Shown: positions 19,074 to 29,422 of the stretch, one piece after another | Layout: every line of letters begins with the position of its first letter | How positions within the stretch are numbered: position 1 is the first letter of the stretch | Origin: Bacteroidota bacterium | GTDB taxonomy: Bacteria; Bacteroidota; Bacteroidia; Palsa-965 | Assembly: GCA_046046005.1 (NCBI GenBank) | Contig: JBJOKQ010000003.1 | Coordinates: forward strand, 1-43,156 | Direction of reading: 5' to 3' | Length of the DNA: 43,156 nucleotides | Made by a program: the position numbers and the translations under genes | Notes under the pieces: model-generated | What the model saw: only the letters and a program-made list of their open reading frames with translations | What the model was told of the DNA's origin: nothing | Database searches by the model: none

Positions 19074-20795
19074 TCATTCAACAATTACTACTTGTGCCGT
19101 ACGTATTGAGGAATCATCCTCTACGGAAATGAAGTAGCTTCCATCGGGCAATGTACTCAGATCTACAGCAGATGAATTCAAAGTTTTTGAAAGCACCAAT
19201 TTTCCGGTATTATCAGTAACGCTCAACACGCAAGGGAATGCAGCATTGATGTTTAATTGTCCTGAACTCGGATTTGGATAAACTTCAAGATCATTGATGA
19301 CACTTTGATTTTCGCTCACGCCTGTTCCCGAAAAAGCTTCTTCATCGAAAATTCTTGCATAAACAATATCGTAATAACCGCCGTTTCCGTTAGGTGTGTT
19401 ATATGTGGAGTCAAATGTCCACTGACTGATTTCTCCCAGTGATCCGGTAACTGCAACCGCTCCGTTACCTGCAATACATAATCCTCCGGAGTAGTCATTC
19501 AGATATTCTCCTCCGGCTTTGAACCAACGGAAGTTGCCTGTTGAATCCGTTTTCAAAACTCCTATATCAAAACTGCCGGGATAAGGACCGTTTAATGTGT
19601 TGCTCTGATAGTACACAGGTGTGTAGAAACTTCCACTGATATAGATTTCTCCTTCTCTACCCAATCGCAATCGTACAAGCTCATCGAATGCGAAGGAAGT
19701 ACCTATCACCTGCTCTGACCACACGGGATTTCCTGCATTGTCAAACTCCACTAAATAATTTCCCAGCTGCGCTGAATTGGAATTGTTCCCATTTAGGGTA
19801 TCATTTCCGATTATCAACTGACCGTAAAAAGTTCCGATACAAATAGCGTGACCTTCTGCGTCAGCACGCACGTCTTTATACATTTCCAGATAGGATTGCA
19901 CCATAGATCCTCCGTAATTTCTGAGCCATAGCGGTTGCAGTGCAGTTGTATATTTTGCAATGAAAGCATCTTCTGTTCCGTTTGAATGCGCTACGACATT
20001 ATTCCCTTGCCAGCAACTGTCGCGAAATGTTCCTGTTACATACAAAGCATTCTCGTGAGCAGAGTAGTCCATCGCCCAACAACCATAATATGTTGCTCCG
20101 CGTTCAATATTTCTTTGAAGCATAGCCCCGTTGCTGTTAAACTTTGTCAGATACATCGCATAAAAAGAACCCGCAATGTTTGAATTGAAATTACCGTTTG
20201 ACGCCTGAATCGTCAGCGCGCTGTTGTCGTAAGAAAATCCGCCGAGATAAACATTGCCGCTGTCGTCAGCAGTTAATCCCGGACCCATGCTCAGTTGCGT
20301 ACCTGTTACAACATTTGCCCACAACATTTGCCCTGAAGAATCTATACATGCTACATAATCAGCACTGCCGATGTAACTACGTGTAATGATTCCGGATTGA
20401 GCATCTCCGAATTGGCAAGGGCCTTGACTTGCTTGTCCGGCAATGTATATTCTATCGCCGTTTTCTGAAACCAAAACACGGCGACCGTAATCAATACCTC
20501 CGGTGCCAATTGGCAACGCCCACAACGGAGTTCCGTCGGATTTTGTTTTGATCAAACACGCATCATGGAACGTCGACTGATTGTAAAGCAAGTCTCCATT
20601 AACATTCAGCGTATCATAGAAATCACCTACGATGTAAAGATTTCCGAATTGATCCGCTTGAATATCTGAACCGTCATCAGGTTTGTACGTACCTGTGTTT
20701 ACTATTCTTTTTGCCCATTCAAAATTTGCAATTTGCGAATTTGCGGAAAGCGTGAATAACAATGCAAAAAGAGTGGCGAATCGGTTTAATTTCAT
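19074..20795 (-). CDS. T9SS type A cargo protein with SBBP-like beta-propeller repeats
   Basis: Signal peptide; repeats of the form D..GN.Y..G.F and K.D..G...W; C-terminal VYPNPSSG...DLSTLPDGSYFI. Confidence 0.85.
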   Translation of the reverse strand: MKLNRFATLFALLFTLSANSQIANFEWAKRIVNTGTYKPDDGSDIQADQFGNLYIVGDFYDTLNVNGDLLYNQSTFHDACLIKTKSDGTPLWALPIGTGGIDYGRRVLVSENGDRIYIAGQASQGPCQFGDAQSGIITRSYIGSADYVACIDSSGQMLWANVVTGTQLSMGPGLTADDSGNVYLGGFSYDNSALTIQASNGNFNSNIAGSFYAMYLTKFNSNGAMLQRNIERGATYYGCWAMDYSAHENALYVTGTFRDSCWQGNNVVAHSNGTEDAFIAKYTTALQPLWLRNYGGSMVQSYLEMYKDVRADAEGHAICIGTFYGQLIIGNDTLNGNNSNSAQLGNYLVEFDNAGNPVWSEQVIGTSFAFDELVRLRLGREGEIYISGSFYTPVYYQSNTLNGPYPGSFDIGVLKTDSTGNFRWFKAGGEYLNDYSGGLCIAGNGAVAVTGSLGEISQWTFDSTYNTPNGNGGYYDIVYARIFDEEAFSGTGVSENQSVINDLEVYPNPSSGQLNINAAFPCVLSVTDNTGKLVLSKTLNSSAVDLSTLPDGSYFISVEDDSSIRTAQVVIVE

Positions 20796-20838
20796 GTGTG
20801 TGTGTTTTATAGAATTTCAAATTCATTTCCAAGTGAAA

Positions 20839-21174
20839 CTACATGTTGAGACGGGAACCCTGAATCATGTCATTGCCTGTTTCATATTTGCCTGTTTTCT
20901 CATCAATGAAAACATCGCGATCCTTACGCCGTTGCAGTTTTATATTGATCAATACTTCGTCGGTACCGGCGTCGAAAACGATCTGCTGTATTCTTTCCAC
21001 AAGGCTCATCACCTCAGTATATCGTCCTTCAATCACAGTTTCAAAAGGACACACTTTGTACTTCAAGCCTGATTGATGAATACAGTTTATTGCTTTATCA
21101 ATGATCTCATATTTATCTTCATGTCCCGCGAGTGGAAGAACCTGTATTGCAAGATTAACGATGTTGTCTTTCAT
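20839..21174 (-). CDS. Thiamine-binding protein family (MTH1187/YqgV-like)
   Basis: Start moved to ATG 21174. VNLAIQVLP...IDKAINCIHQSGLKYKVCPFETVIEG. Confidence 0.8.
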   Translation of the reverse strand: MKDNIVNLAIQVLPLAGHEDKYEIIDKAINCIHQSGLKYKVCPFETVIEGRYTEVMSLVERIQQIVFDAGTDEVLINIKLQRRKDRDVFIDEKTGKYETGNDMIQGSRLNM

Positions 21175-21183
21175 AAGTTCCAA

Positions 21184-23292
21184 TTAATAAAATCGAATCC
21201 CCGCAATCAATACATCGTCAACTTGAAACATGTTCCCTTTCCAGGTCTCGAACTCTTTCACAAGTTCATCGCGTTGTTGAGTTGCAGAAGATTGCTGTAT
21301 TGCAGCCAGTTTTGCTTTCAGTCTGCTGTATTTGTATTTCTTGCTGTAATAGGCTCCCGGAATTCCGCAGAACTGATCGGCGTATCCATCCGTACACATC
21401 CAAACATTAGTGACGTCTGTAAGAGAAATTGAATGTATTGTGAATCGTTTGTGTCGATCCATATAATATCCGATAGGTTGACGATCGCCTTTCAGCTCCA
21501 GTAATTCCTTTGATGTAGTAGAATAGAAAAGTGAATTGTTCGCACCTGAAAAATGCAGCATCTCATTTTTTTCATCAACAACCGCAATTGCAATATCCAT
21601 TCCGTCGCTTGTCGAATCCCGATCTTCATTCTGTCGTAGCGACTTGACGACTTTTTCCGTGAGCAAATTCAGTATCTCGTCAGGTTGCGTCACACCCTTT
21701 TCATTCACTATTTCATTGAGTAACGATGTACCGATGAGCGACATAAACGCGCCCGGTACTCCATGGCCTGTACAATCTGCTACAGCAAATATTTTCTGAT
21801 TGTTTTTACTCGTTACCCACCAGAAATCTCCGCTTACAATATCGCGCGGTTTGTAAATGAGAAACGATTCCGGAAAAAGTTCTTTCAGATATTCTCTCGA
21901 CGGCATCACTGCATGCTGAATACGCAGTGCGTAGTTGATACTGTCTACAATATCACGATGTTGCTCTTCAACTATTTTTTTCTGTCCTGCAATTTCAGTT
22001 TTCTGTTCTTCAAGAAGCACATTCACTTTCCGCGTGCGACGCATATTTCTCCAGATTACAATCGCAACTATCAATACGGCAACAAACCCAATGGCGAACA
22101 ACCACCCTTTAGCGCGTTCTTGCTGCAAAGCCGCTTCGCGTATGGCACTTTCAGATGAAAGCTGATCTATTTTACGTTGGTTGCGTTCATTCTCAAGCGA
22201 TGCATTCAACTCATCAATTCGTTTTCGGCTTTCTTCTCCGTTCAGCTGTTCGTACGTTGCATGATATTTACCGTAATATTCATACGCAGTTTTATAATCT
22301 CCATCAACGGAATATATACCTGCAAGCGACAGATAGTTGGTCGCCATCATGTCTTTGAACTGTAGCTCTGTTGAAATTTCCAGACTGCGATTCACATAGT
22401 ACAATGCGCTGTCAATCATTTTACGCTGACCGTAAATTTCACCGATGTTGTTCAGCAATATTGCAACACCGTTTCTGTCACCGATTTCTTCACGAATCTT
22501 CAGTGCCTGATGATACATTGCCGCTGCCCGTTCAAGATCACCGCGATCACTGTAAATCATTGCCATATTATTCAGGCAGATCGCTACAAGACGATTGTTA
22601 TTGGTTTGTTGCGAAAGAGCAAGGGAACGTTGATAATACAGAAGCGCGGACGAATCCTGCTTCATGTCCAAATACACATTACCGATGCGTGCTAATGCGT
22701 TTGCGGTTCGTTTGTTGTCGCCGCTTGATTCATACATACTCAATCCAAGCAATTCGTATTTCAACGCGTCTTTGAAATTGTCCTGATCGTGGTAAATAAC
22801 ACCGATGTTGAGATAGGAATTTCCTGCCTCGGATTTGTCGGCTTCATTTTTATTGCTGCGCAACGACTGATTATAGTGCTGTAACGCTGCAAGCGGATCG
22901 CCCTTTTCCCGATGAATGAATCCCATCTTGTTGTAACAGGATGCGACCTTTGATGAATCGCCAAGACTTCGGTAATCTGTCAGGAGATCGGTGTACATCT
23001 TCAGTGCACTGTCCGATTTCCCGGAATAGTATACAGCGTATGCACGTTCAAATTGCGCATCAGCTACGCCTTTTTTACTGTTCATCCGCTTCGCATACTT
23101 CGTTGCTTCGTCACAATAAAAAAACGTACTGTCGAGATTGTTGTTGGTGAATTGTGCCGCCAATGATATGCAGATACGAAGTCGGACGGAGTCGTGTGAA
23201 GCAGACTTTATATCCGAAGCAGATTGCGCATGAATCCTGCACAATGAGAAAAACCAAATGAATGAAGTAAGGAAGATGCGCCGGGAAGACAT
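21184..23292 (-). CDS. Membrane sensor: TPR repeats, TM helix, SpoIIE/PP2C phosphatase
   Basis: TPR repeats (NIGVIYHDQ, NNIGEIY); TM WLFAIGFVAVLIVAIVIW; GDFWW, DCTGHG, DGMD, TDGYADQF, QVDDV. Confidence 0.9.
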   Translation of the reverse strand: MSSRRIFLTSFIWFFSLCRIHAQSASDIKSASHDSVRLRICISLAAQFTNNNLDSTFFYCDEATKYAKRMNSKKGVADAQFERAYAVYYSGKSDSALKMYTDLLTDYRSLGDSSKVASCYNKMGFIHREKGDPLAALQHYNQSLRSNKNEADKSEAGNSYLNIGVIYHDQDNFKDALKYELLGLSMYESSGDNKRTANALARIGNVYLDMKQDSSALLYYQRSLALSQQTNNNRLVAICLNNMAMIYSDRGDLERAAAMYHQALKIREEIGDRNGVAILLNNIGEIYGQRKMIDSALYYVNRSLEISTELQFKDMMATNYLSLAGIYSVDGDYKTAYEYYGKYHATYEQLNGEESRKRIDELNASLENERNQRKIDQLSSESAIREAALQQERAKGWLFAIGFVAVLIVAIVIWRNMRRTRKVNVLLEEQKTEIAGQKKIVEEQHRDIVDSINYALRIQHAVMPSREYLKELFPESFLIYKPRDIVSGDFWWVTSKNNQKIFAVADCTGHGVPGAFMSLIGTSLLNEIVNEKGVTQPDEILNLLTEKVVKSLRQNEDRDSTSDGMDIAIAVVDEKNEMLHFSGANNSLFYSTTSKELLELKGDRQPIGYYMDRHKRFTIHSISLTDVTNVWMCTDGYADQFCGIPGAYYSKKYKYSRLKAKLAAIQQSSATQQRDELVKEFETWKGNMFQVDDVLIAGIRFY

Positions 23293-23377
23293 GACCTTAT
23301 TCCGTGTGGATGAGCTTACAATATAGGAAACTTATCCGCCTGAATGCAAGCGTTTAATTAACGCATCAATGCGGGCA

Positions 23378-24127
23378 TTAGTAAGCCAGCAGGACAATGC
23401 CTACCGCGAATTTGAAATAGCGAAAATCATCTTTCACTTCTTCGCCAATGTAGTTCGGCGGACTCATGCTGTATGATGCGAAGTCTTGTGGCAAACTGTC
23501 GTAATCAGTGTCTTTGTCGGCATCGTCAAGCCGGATCGGGAAAATGGATAAATGATAACTGCAATTTGCTCTGATTCCAATATAGTCTGTCAACATGTAA
23601 GCCAAGCCAAGACCGCCGGAAAGTTCTCCGTGAAATCCTGTGTATTTGCCATCTAAAGCAGCGGAGTTTACCGGACTGCTGCCCTGGACGTAACTTGATT
23701 TTATTACAGCACGTCCGATTCCAAGACCGAGGTCAATGATACCGTTAAGTGTATTGGCTTCATGTTCTCCCAATATAATGTTCCACCGTCCGTTCAGCAT
23801 GTTAGCGTGAAGACTGAGGTTGCGTTCTCCACCGTCGTTACGTATGAATGACGCGGAACTTTTCGCGCGGGAATACTCGACAACCCAAAGGATAGGATTG
23901 TCTTCAAATGCAAATCCGGCACCAATTGTAAAACCAACTCCGGGGGTTGATGGTTTTACGGTGCGTAACTGACTGCTGTTTGCTGCAGCATAACTGTCGG
24001 CGAATCTGGTAAATGTTTTAGACTTGATAGTCTGAAAATTCGGGTATACATACGCGATCAATTGCGCGTGAACGGTAATTGTGAAGCAAGCGCCAAGCGT
24101 TGCAAATAGGAGTGCGATTTTTTTCAT
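23378..24127 (-). CDS. Hypothetical outer-membrane beta-barrel protein
   Basis: Signal peptide ending VHA-Q; Gly/aromatic alternating strands (GFTIGAGF, GGLGLAY); terminal strand ending in Tyr. Confidence 0.6.
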   Translation of the reverse strand: MKKIALLFATLGACFTITVHAQLIAYVYPNFQTIKSKTFTRFADSYAAANSSQLRTVKPSTPGVGFTIGAGFAFEDNPILWVVEYSRAKSSASFIRNDGGERNLSLHANMLNGRWNIILGEHEANTLNGIIDLGLGIGRAVIKSSYVQGSSPVNSAALDGKYTGFHGELSGGLGLAYMLTDYIGIRANCSYHLSIFPIRLDDADKDTDYDSLPQDFASYSMSPPNYIGEEVKDDFRYFKFAVGIVLLAY

Positions 24128-24178
24128 AATGTTTAATTAATAACCCTCAACAATCAGGAAAGTCACATTGTAAAACGA

Positions 24179-24203
24179 AACCCTCTTCAATTTGAAGAGG
24201 GTT
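24179..24203 (-). terminator. Terminator-like hairpin after nrdA
   Basis: AACCCTCTTCAA / TTGAAGAGGGTT perfect inverted repeat with a T-rich tail on the minus strand. Confidence 0.7.
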
Positions 24204-24231
24204 CATTCACGTTTTCAAAACACTTAACTGA

Positions 24232-26607
24232 TTAGCTTCCGCACGCCTCGCATCCTTCCGGATCATCGAGTGAGCAGGTGATCTGTTCCATTCCGACTTC
24301 TGCTGAAATCGTTGTGTCTTCTGCTTTCGGAGTAAGTTGCAATGCAGCTTGATCAACAGTAAACTTGATCGCATCTGCTGCAGCTTTCGTACGCAGATAA
24401 TACATTCCGGTCTTCAAACCTTTCTCCCATGCGTAGAAGTGCATAGAAGTTAATTTTCCGAAGTTCGGGCTCGACACAAAGAGGTTCAGTGACTGCGACT
24501 GGCAGATAAATGCGCCACGATCAGCAGCCATATCAATCAATGCACGCTGCGGGATTTCCCACACAGTGCGGTACAGATCCTTGATGTTTTGCGGGATCTC
24601 AGGAATTTCCTGGATAGATCCGTTTGCTGCAATGATCTTGTTTTTCAAATTGTCATTCCACAATCCGAGTTTCACGAGATCTTTCAGCAAATGTTTGTTT
24701 ACCACTACGAATTCGCCTGACAGAACGCGGCGTGTGTAAATGTTCGAAGTGTATGGTTCGAAACATTCGTTGTTACCGAGAATCTGTGAAGTTGATGCAG
24801 TTGGCATCGGTGCAAGCAACAATGAATTGCGTACGCCGTATTTTTTCACTTCATCGCGAAGAATATCCCACTCCCAACGTGCGCTTGGTGTTACACCCCA
24901 CATGTTGAACTGGAAAATTCCTTTTGAAATCGGTGAGCCTTCATAAGTTTCGTAAGGACCTTGTTCTTTCGCAAGATCTTTAGAAGCTGTCATCGAAGCG
25001 TAATAAATTGTTTCGTGAATCTCTGAGTTCAACGCACGAGCCTCAGGAGAATCGAACGGGAAGCGCAAGAGAATGAATGCATCTGCCAAACCTTGAATGC
25101 CAAGACCGATAGGACGGTGACGCATGTTGGAACGACGCGCTTCAGGAACCGGATAATAATTTCCGTCAATGATTTTATTGAGGTTCTTCGTTACAACGTA
25201 CGTTACATCGAACAATTTCTGATGATCGAATTTTCCGTCGATCACGAAACGTGGCAATGCCAATGATGCGAGGTTGCACACTGCAATTTCATCAGGAGAT
25301 GTGTACTCCATGATTTCCGTGCAGAGGTTTGAAGATTTGATTGTTCCGAGGTTCTGCTGGTTGCTCTTGCTGTTGGCAGCATCTTTGAACAACATGTAAG
25401 GGTTTCCGGTTTCGATTTGCGATTCGAGAACTGCAAACCAAAGATCCTGCGCAGGAATTGTCTTGCGACCTTTTCCTTCAGTTTCATACTTGGTGTACAA
25501 CGCTTCGAATTCTGCGCCCCAAGTATCTGAAAGTCCCGGACACTCATTAGGACACATCAATGTCCAGTTGCCGTTTTCTTTCACGCGCTTCATGAACAAA
25601 TCCGGAATCCAGAGTGCAGTGAATAAATCACGTGCACGCATTTCTTCTTTACCGTTGTTTTTGCGGAGATCAAGGAATTCGAAAATGTCAGCATGCCAAG
25701 GCTCAAGGTAAATTGCGAAAGAACCTTTACGCTTTCCACCGCCCTGATCCACGTAACGTGCTGTGTCGTTGTAAACACGCAGCATCGGAATGATTCCGTT
25801 TGAAGTTCCGTTGGTGCCTTTGATGTACGAACCTGTAGCACGCACATTGTGAATGCTGAGTCCGATTCCGCCGGCGCTCTGAGAAATCTTCGCGCAGTTT
25901 TTCAATGTGTCGTAAATGCCGTCGATGCTGTCTTCTTTTACTGTGAGAAGGAAGCAGGAAGACATTTGCGGTTTTGGAGTTCCTGAATTGAAAAGTGTTG
26001 GTGTTGCGTGAGTGAACCAACGCTCGCTCATCAGGTTGTATGTTTCAATCGCAGACTGAACATCTTCCTTGTGAATACCAACGGAAACGCGCATCAACAT
26101 GTGCTGCGGACGCTCTGCAACTTTACCGTGAAGCTTCAGAAGGTAAGAACGCTCCAGAGTTTTGAATCCGAAATAATCGTAACCGAAGTCGCGATCATAA
26201 ATGATTGACGAATCAAGAAGCTGTGCGTTGTTCATGATGATTTCATACACATCATCAGCAAGCAATGCCGCTTTCTGTCCGGTTTTCGGATCAATGTATT
26301 TGTAGAGATTCTCCATTGTTTTGGAGAATGATTTCTCTGTGTTCTTGTGCAGGTTGGAAACCGCAATGCGCGAAGCGAGCAAAGCATAATCAGGATGCTT
26401 TACCGTCATCGAAGCGGCAGTTTCTGCAGCGAGGTTATCCAGTTCGCTCGTGGTAACTCCGGGATAAATCCCCTGAATTACTTTCATGGCTACTTCAACC
26501 GGTTGAACATGCACCGGATCCAGTGCATAACACAGCTTCTGAATACGCGCTGTGATTTTGTCAAACTTGATTGATTCTTTGCTGCCGTCTCTCTTAATTA
26601 CGTACAT
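24232..26607 (-). CDS. nrdA: Ribonucleoside-diphosphate reductase class Ia, alpha subunit, with ATP cone
   Basis: ATP cone MYVIKRDG...FDKITARI; [37 protein letters not shown]; C-terminal CEACGS. Confidence 0.97.
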   Translation of the reverse strand: MYVIKRDGSKESIKFDKITARIQKLCYALDPVHVQPVEVAMKVIQGIYPGVTTSELDNLAAETAASMTVKHPDYALLASRIAVSNLHKNTEKSFSKTMENLYKYIDPKTGQKAALLADDVYEIIMNNAQLLDSSIIYDRDFGYDYFGFKTLERSYLLKLHGKVAERPQHMLMRVSVGIHKEDVQSAIETYNLMSERWFTHATPTLFNSGTPKPQMSSCFLLTVKEDSIDGIYDTLKNCAKISQSAGGIGLSIHNVRATGSYIKGTNGTSNGIIPMLRVYNDTARYVDQGGGKRKGSFAIYLEPWHADIFEFLDLRKNNGKEEMRARDLFTALWIPDLFMKRVKENGNWTLMCPNECPGLSDTWGAEFEALYTKYETEGKGRKTIPAQDLWFAVLESQIETGNPYMLFKDAANSKSNQQNLGTIKSSNLCTEIMEYTSPDEIAVCNLASLALPRFVIDGKFDHQKLFDVTYVVTKNLNKIIDGNYYPVPEARRSNMRHRPIGLGIQGLADAFILLRFPFDSPEARALNSEIHETIYYASMTASKDLAKEQGPYETYEGSPISKGIFQFNMWGVTPSARWEWDILRDEVKKYGVRNSLLLAPMPTASTSQILGNNECFEPYTSNIYTRRVLSGEFVVVNKHLLKDLVKLGLWNDNLKNKIIAANGSIQEIPEIPQNIKDLYRTVWEIPQRALIDMAADRGAFICQSQSLNLFVSSPNFGKLTSMHFYAWEKGLKTGMYYLRTKAAADAIKFTVDQAALQLTPKAEDTTISAEVGMEQITCSLDDPEGCEACGS

Positions 26608-26669
26608 AAAACGTGCGTTTTATCGGGTGGGTGAATGGGAGTATTGTATTGTGTAGGGAAATTGTTCTG

Positions 26670-27647
26670 TTAAAAATCTTCGTCGAGTGAGAAAATGTTC
26701 TGGCTCCGGTCGGAAGTAACTCCGGCCTTCTGGTATTCTGCAACACGCTTCTCGAAGAAGTTTGTTTTTCCTTGCAGTGAAATCATTTCCATGAAGTCGA
26801 AAGGATTTGTTGCGTTGTACACTTTGTCGCAACCGAGTGCAAGAAGCAAACGATCTGCAACAAACTCAATGTACTGGCACATCAGTTCGGCGTTCATGCC
26901 GATGAGTTTCACCGGAATAGCATCTGTCACAAATTCTTTTTCGATTGTCACTGCATCAGTGATGATTCCTGTTACAGTTTCTTTCGAAAGTTTTGTATTG
27001 AGGTGCGAAGAGTAAAGCAGACATGCGAAATCGCAATGCAAGCCTTCGTCGCGTGAAATCAATTCATTGGAGAATGAAAGTCCCGGCATCAAGCCGCGCT
27101 TCTTCAACCAGAAGATGGAGCAGAATGAACCGGAGAAGAAAATTCCTTCAACGGCAGCAAATGCAATCAGCTGCTCAGTGAAAGTTCCATTGGTAATCCA
27201 GCGCAAAGCCCAATCTGCTTTTTTGCGAACAACCGGAATGTTGTCGATTGCGTGAAAAAGTTTGTCTTTCTCTGAAGGATCCTTGATGTACGTGTCAATC
27301 AACAGCGAATAAGTTTCACTGTGAATATTCTCAATCATGATCTGATAGCCGTAAAAGCAACGTGCTTCCGGATACTGAACATCATTGATGAAATTAATGG
27401 CAAGGTTCTCGTTAACGATTCCGTCAGAAGCAGCGAAGAACGCAAGCACGTGCTTAATGAAATGGCGCTCATCGTCCGTCAACTTGTTTGCCCAGTCCTG
27501 TAAGTCAGCCGATAGATCAATTTCCTCTGCAGTCCAGAAGCTGGCTTCAGCCTTCTTGTACATTTCCCAGATGTCGCGATGCTTGATCGGGAACAAAACA
27601 AAGCGGTCTTTGTTTTCTGCGAGGAGTGGTTCGTTGGCTGTACTCAT
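26670..27647 (-). CDS. nrdB: Ribonucleoside-diphosphate reductase class Ia, beta subunit
   Basis: [20 protein letters not shown] (radical Tyr), [27 protein letters not shown]-terminal FSLDEDF. Confidence 0.97.
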   Translation of the reverse strand: MSTANEPLLAENKDRFVLFPIKHRDIWEMYKKAEASFWTAEEIDLSADLQDWANKLTDDERHFIKHVLAFFAASDGIVNENLAINFINDVQYPEARCFYGYQIMIENIHSETYSLLIDTYIKDPSEKDKLFHAIDNIPVVRKKADWALRWITNGTFTEQLIAFAAVEGIFFSGSFCSIFWLKKRGLMPGLSFSNELISRDEGLHCDFACLLYSSHLNTKLSKETVTGIITDAVTIEKEFVTDAIPVKLIGMNAELMCQYIEFVADRLLLALGCDKVYNATNPFDFMEMISLQGKTNFFEKRVAEYQKAGVTSDRSQNIFSLDEDF

Positions 27648-27854
27648 AAAATGGGTCCTCTTCCGGGGTTATTTGTTTAATTCCTTGAATGTTAGTGTCT
27701 TCTGGCGAAAAAAGCAGGCGGGTAGCCTGCTGTTATCTCGTAAGGTGTTTGCTGTGAATCACTTAAATCAAAACAGACTCGCGCATCGACCTGGAACAAA
27801 TTTTTGCAAAATGCGGATGGAAGTCAAGTCCATTCCATTAACAAAACACCGGAG

Positions 27855-27900
27855 TTATTCACACAGTAACGCGGAGGCGCCTGTTAGTAATGTGTGATAA
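27855..27900. promoter_or_regulatory. Inverted pair of DnaA-box-like sites upstream of nrdB
   Basis: TTATTCACA at 27855-27863 matches TTATNCACA. TTATTCACACA and TGTGTGATAA (27891-27900) form an imperfect inverted repeat. Confidence 0.4.
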
Positions 27901-28046
27901 GTAGGCTACTTTTCAATAATGACGCGGACTCTAGAGGATCGTCCAAAAAATCTGATAAAAATCGCGCCCCGGATTTAGGAAGTTCAGGAAATTTTGTTTG
28001 GAGGCGTTCCCGTTTCACCGTTTACCGTTGGATAGTTCATCGTCCT

Positions 28047-28119
28047 TGGTTCACCGTTCACTGTTAATGGTTACATCGGTCTACCGTCTAATGTCTCGCA
28101 CCTCAGGTCTCAAGTCTCA
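28047..28119. repeat. Degenerate heptamer tandem repeats
   Basis: TGGTTCA CCGTTCA CTGTTAA TGGTTAC (28047-28074) and GGTCTAC CGTCTAA TGTCTCG CACCTCA GGTCTCA AGTCTCA (28078-28119). Confidence 0.6.
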
Positions 28120-28692
28120 TTTCTTCGACTCAATATAATCCGCGGCCAACTCTAATTGTTGATACCAATCTTTCCCGAATTTCCGGATCAAAGCGTTCTT
28201 AACAAATTTATATACAGGCACCTGCAGTTTTTCGCCGCATGCACAAGCCGGCTTGCAGATGTCCCATTTTTCATAGTTCACCAATACGTTTCGTTTACCG
28301 TTGGTAATTCGAATCGGATATAAATGACACGATACCGGTTTGGCCCATTTTACCTTGCCATCACGATAAGCTTTTTCAATGCCGCAGAAAGCAATATCAT
28401 TTTCGAAAATCGTGTAAGCACATTCCTTGTCGCCGCCAACCAAAGGCGTTACTTTATCGCCATCGCTGTCCACCAACCACTTGCCGTATTTCTTAATTGC
28501 TTTTTTGCCTTTCTCTGTAAGATACGGCTCAACGTCATCATAAATTTCTTCGAGAATCGTTTCTTCTCCGTCTTCAAGCGGCGCGCCTGAATCACCGTGA
28601 ATACAACATGCTCCTTTGCACGCATTAAGATCACAAACAAATTGTTTCTCCACTACATCAAGTGAAACGAGCGTCTTTCCGATTTCAATCAT
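28117..28692 (-). CDS. DUF3109 family Cys-rich protein
   Basis: FVCDLNACKGACCIHGDSGAPL, CGIEKAY, KPVSCHLYPIR, WDICKPACACG, ALIRKFG. Confidence 0.88.
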   Translation of the reverse strand: MIEIGKTLVSLDVVEKQFVCDLNACKGACCIHGDSGAPLEDGEETILEEIYDDVEPYLTEKGKKAIKKYGKWLVDSDGDKVTPLVGGDKECAYTIFENDIAFCGIEKAYRDGKVKWAKPVSCHLYPIRITNGKRNVLVNYEKWDICKPACACGEKLQVPVYKFVKNALIRKFGKDWYQQLELAADYIESKK

Positions 28693-28725
28693 GAGGCAAA
28701 TTTACTCAATCACAACCAGATGTGA

Positions 28726-29421
28726 CTATGCTTCGATTCTCTGATAATTTTTCACCCACTCATACCCCGCCACATTCATCATGATCAGAAGCATGCCGTA
28801 GAACAAATCTTCGAACGGAATTGTAAGCATGCGTACGCCGAGATTCTCATCGTCGTTGTACCACACAACAGGTGACTCAAGTCCGGTGCCGGTGAGAATT
28901 CCGTTAGAGAGCAGGAAAAACGGAATCACCGCGATGTAGCTGAGAATGAAAATGCGAAGTCGCTTTACATTGCGCCACGCAAGTATGAGCAGCAATGCGG
29001 CGTTGGAAAATGCGGTGAAAGCCGTGTAAGCTTTGTGGCTGAAAATGATTCCCGCAACGAGAAACAGCAGTGCTGAAATCAATAGAATTGCACGCGCATT
29101 TTGCCACTCCGGATTTTTAAAGAACAGTCGGAAACAGTGATATGTGAATACGCACGAATATGGAATGCAGATGAAAAACAGAATTTCCTCCAGCGGAAGA
29201 TTGTAAATGAAAATTCCTGTGACGTATTGCGGATTGAATCCCCAAACGCCGGCTTTGGTGAACGCAGCATCCCATACCAAAAAGAAAAGTGGTGTGATGA
29301 GTCCGGGCAGCCAGAGATATTTCCATTCGCGGTGAAAGCGAAGCTTCGGATGGAAAGAAAAAAGAAACGGAACTAAAATGCAGCCGAGATCAACAAGCAG
29401 GTAGGTGAGGTGCGGATTCAT
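28726..29421 (-). CDS. Lycopene cyclase, membrane CrtYcd fusion type
   Basis: Two cyclase halves with PLEEILFF and PFEDLFY; WDAAFT..GVWGFN; NGILTG; last gene of the crt run. Confidence 0.85.
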   Translation of the reverse strand: MNPHLTYLLVDLGCILVPFLFSFHPKLRFHREWKYLWLPGLITPLFFLVWDAAFTKAGVWGFNPQYVTGIFIYNLPLEEILFFICIPYSCVFTYHCFRLFFKNPEWQNARAILLISALLFLVAGIIFSHKAYTAFTAFSNAALLLILAWRNVKRLRIFILSYIAVIPFFLLSNGILTGTGLESPVVWYNDDENLGVRMLTIPFEDLFYGMLLIMMNVAGYEWVKNYQRIEA

Positions 29422-29422
29422 T

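Noticed and set aside
20839-21183. Thiamine regulon (TPP riboswitch, transporter) around the thiamine-binding-family gene
   Set aside because: The gene starts 9 nt after the upstream stop, with no leader and no thiamine genes nearby.
27385-27897. 170-aa plus-strand ORF overlapping nrdB
   Set aside because: Antisense shadow of nrdB extending into its upstream region; no protein motifs.
27648-28116. Cobalamin riboswitch or NrdR boxes upstream of nrdBA
   Set aside because: No B12-box elements (GGGAA...GCCACTG) and no convincing NrdR palindrome were seen by eye.
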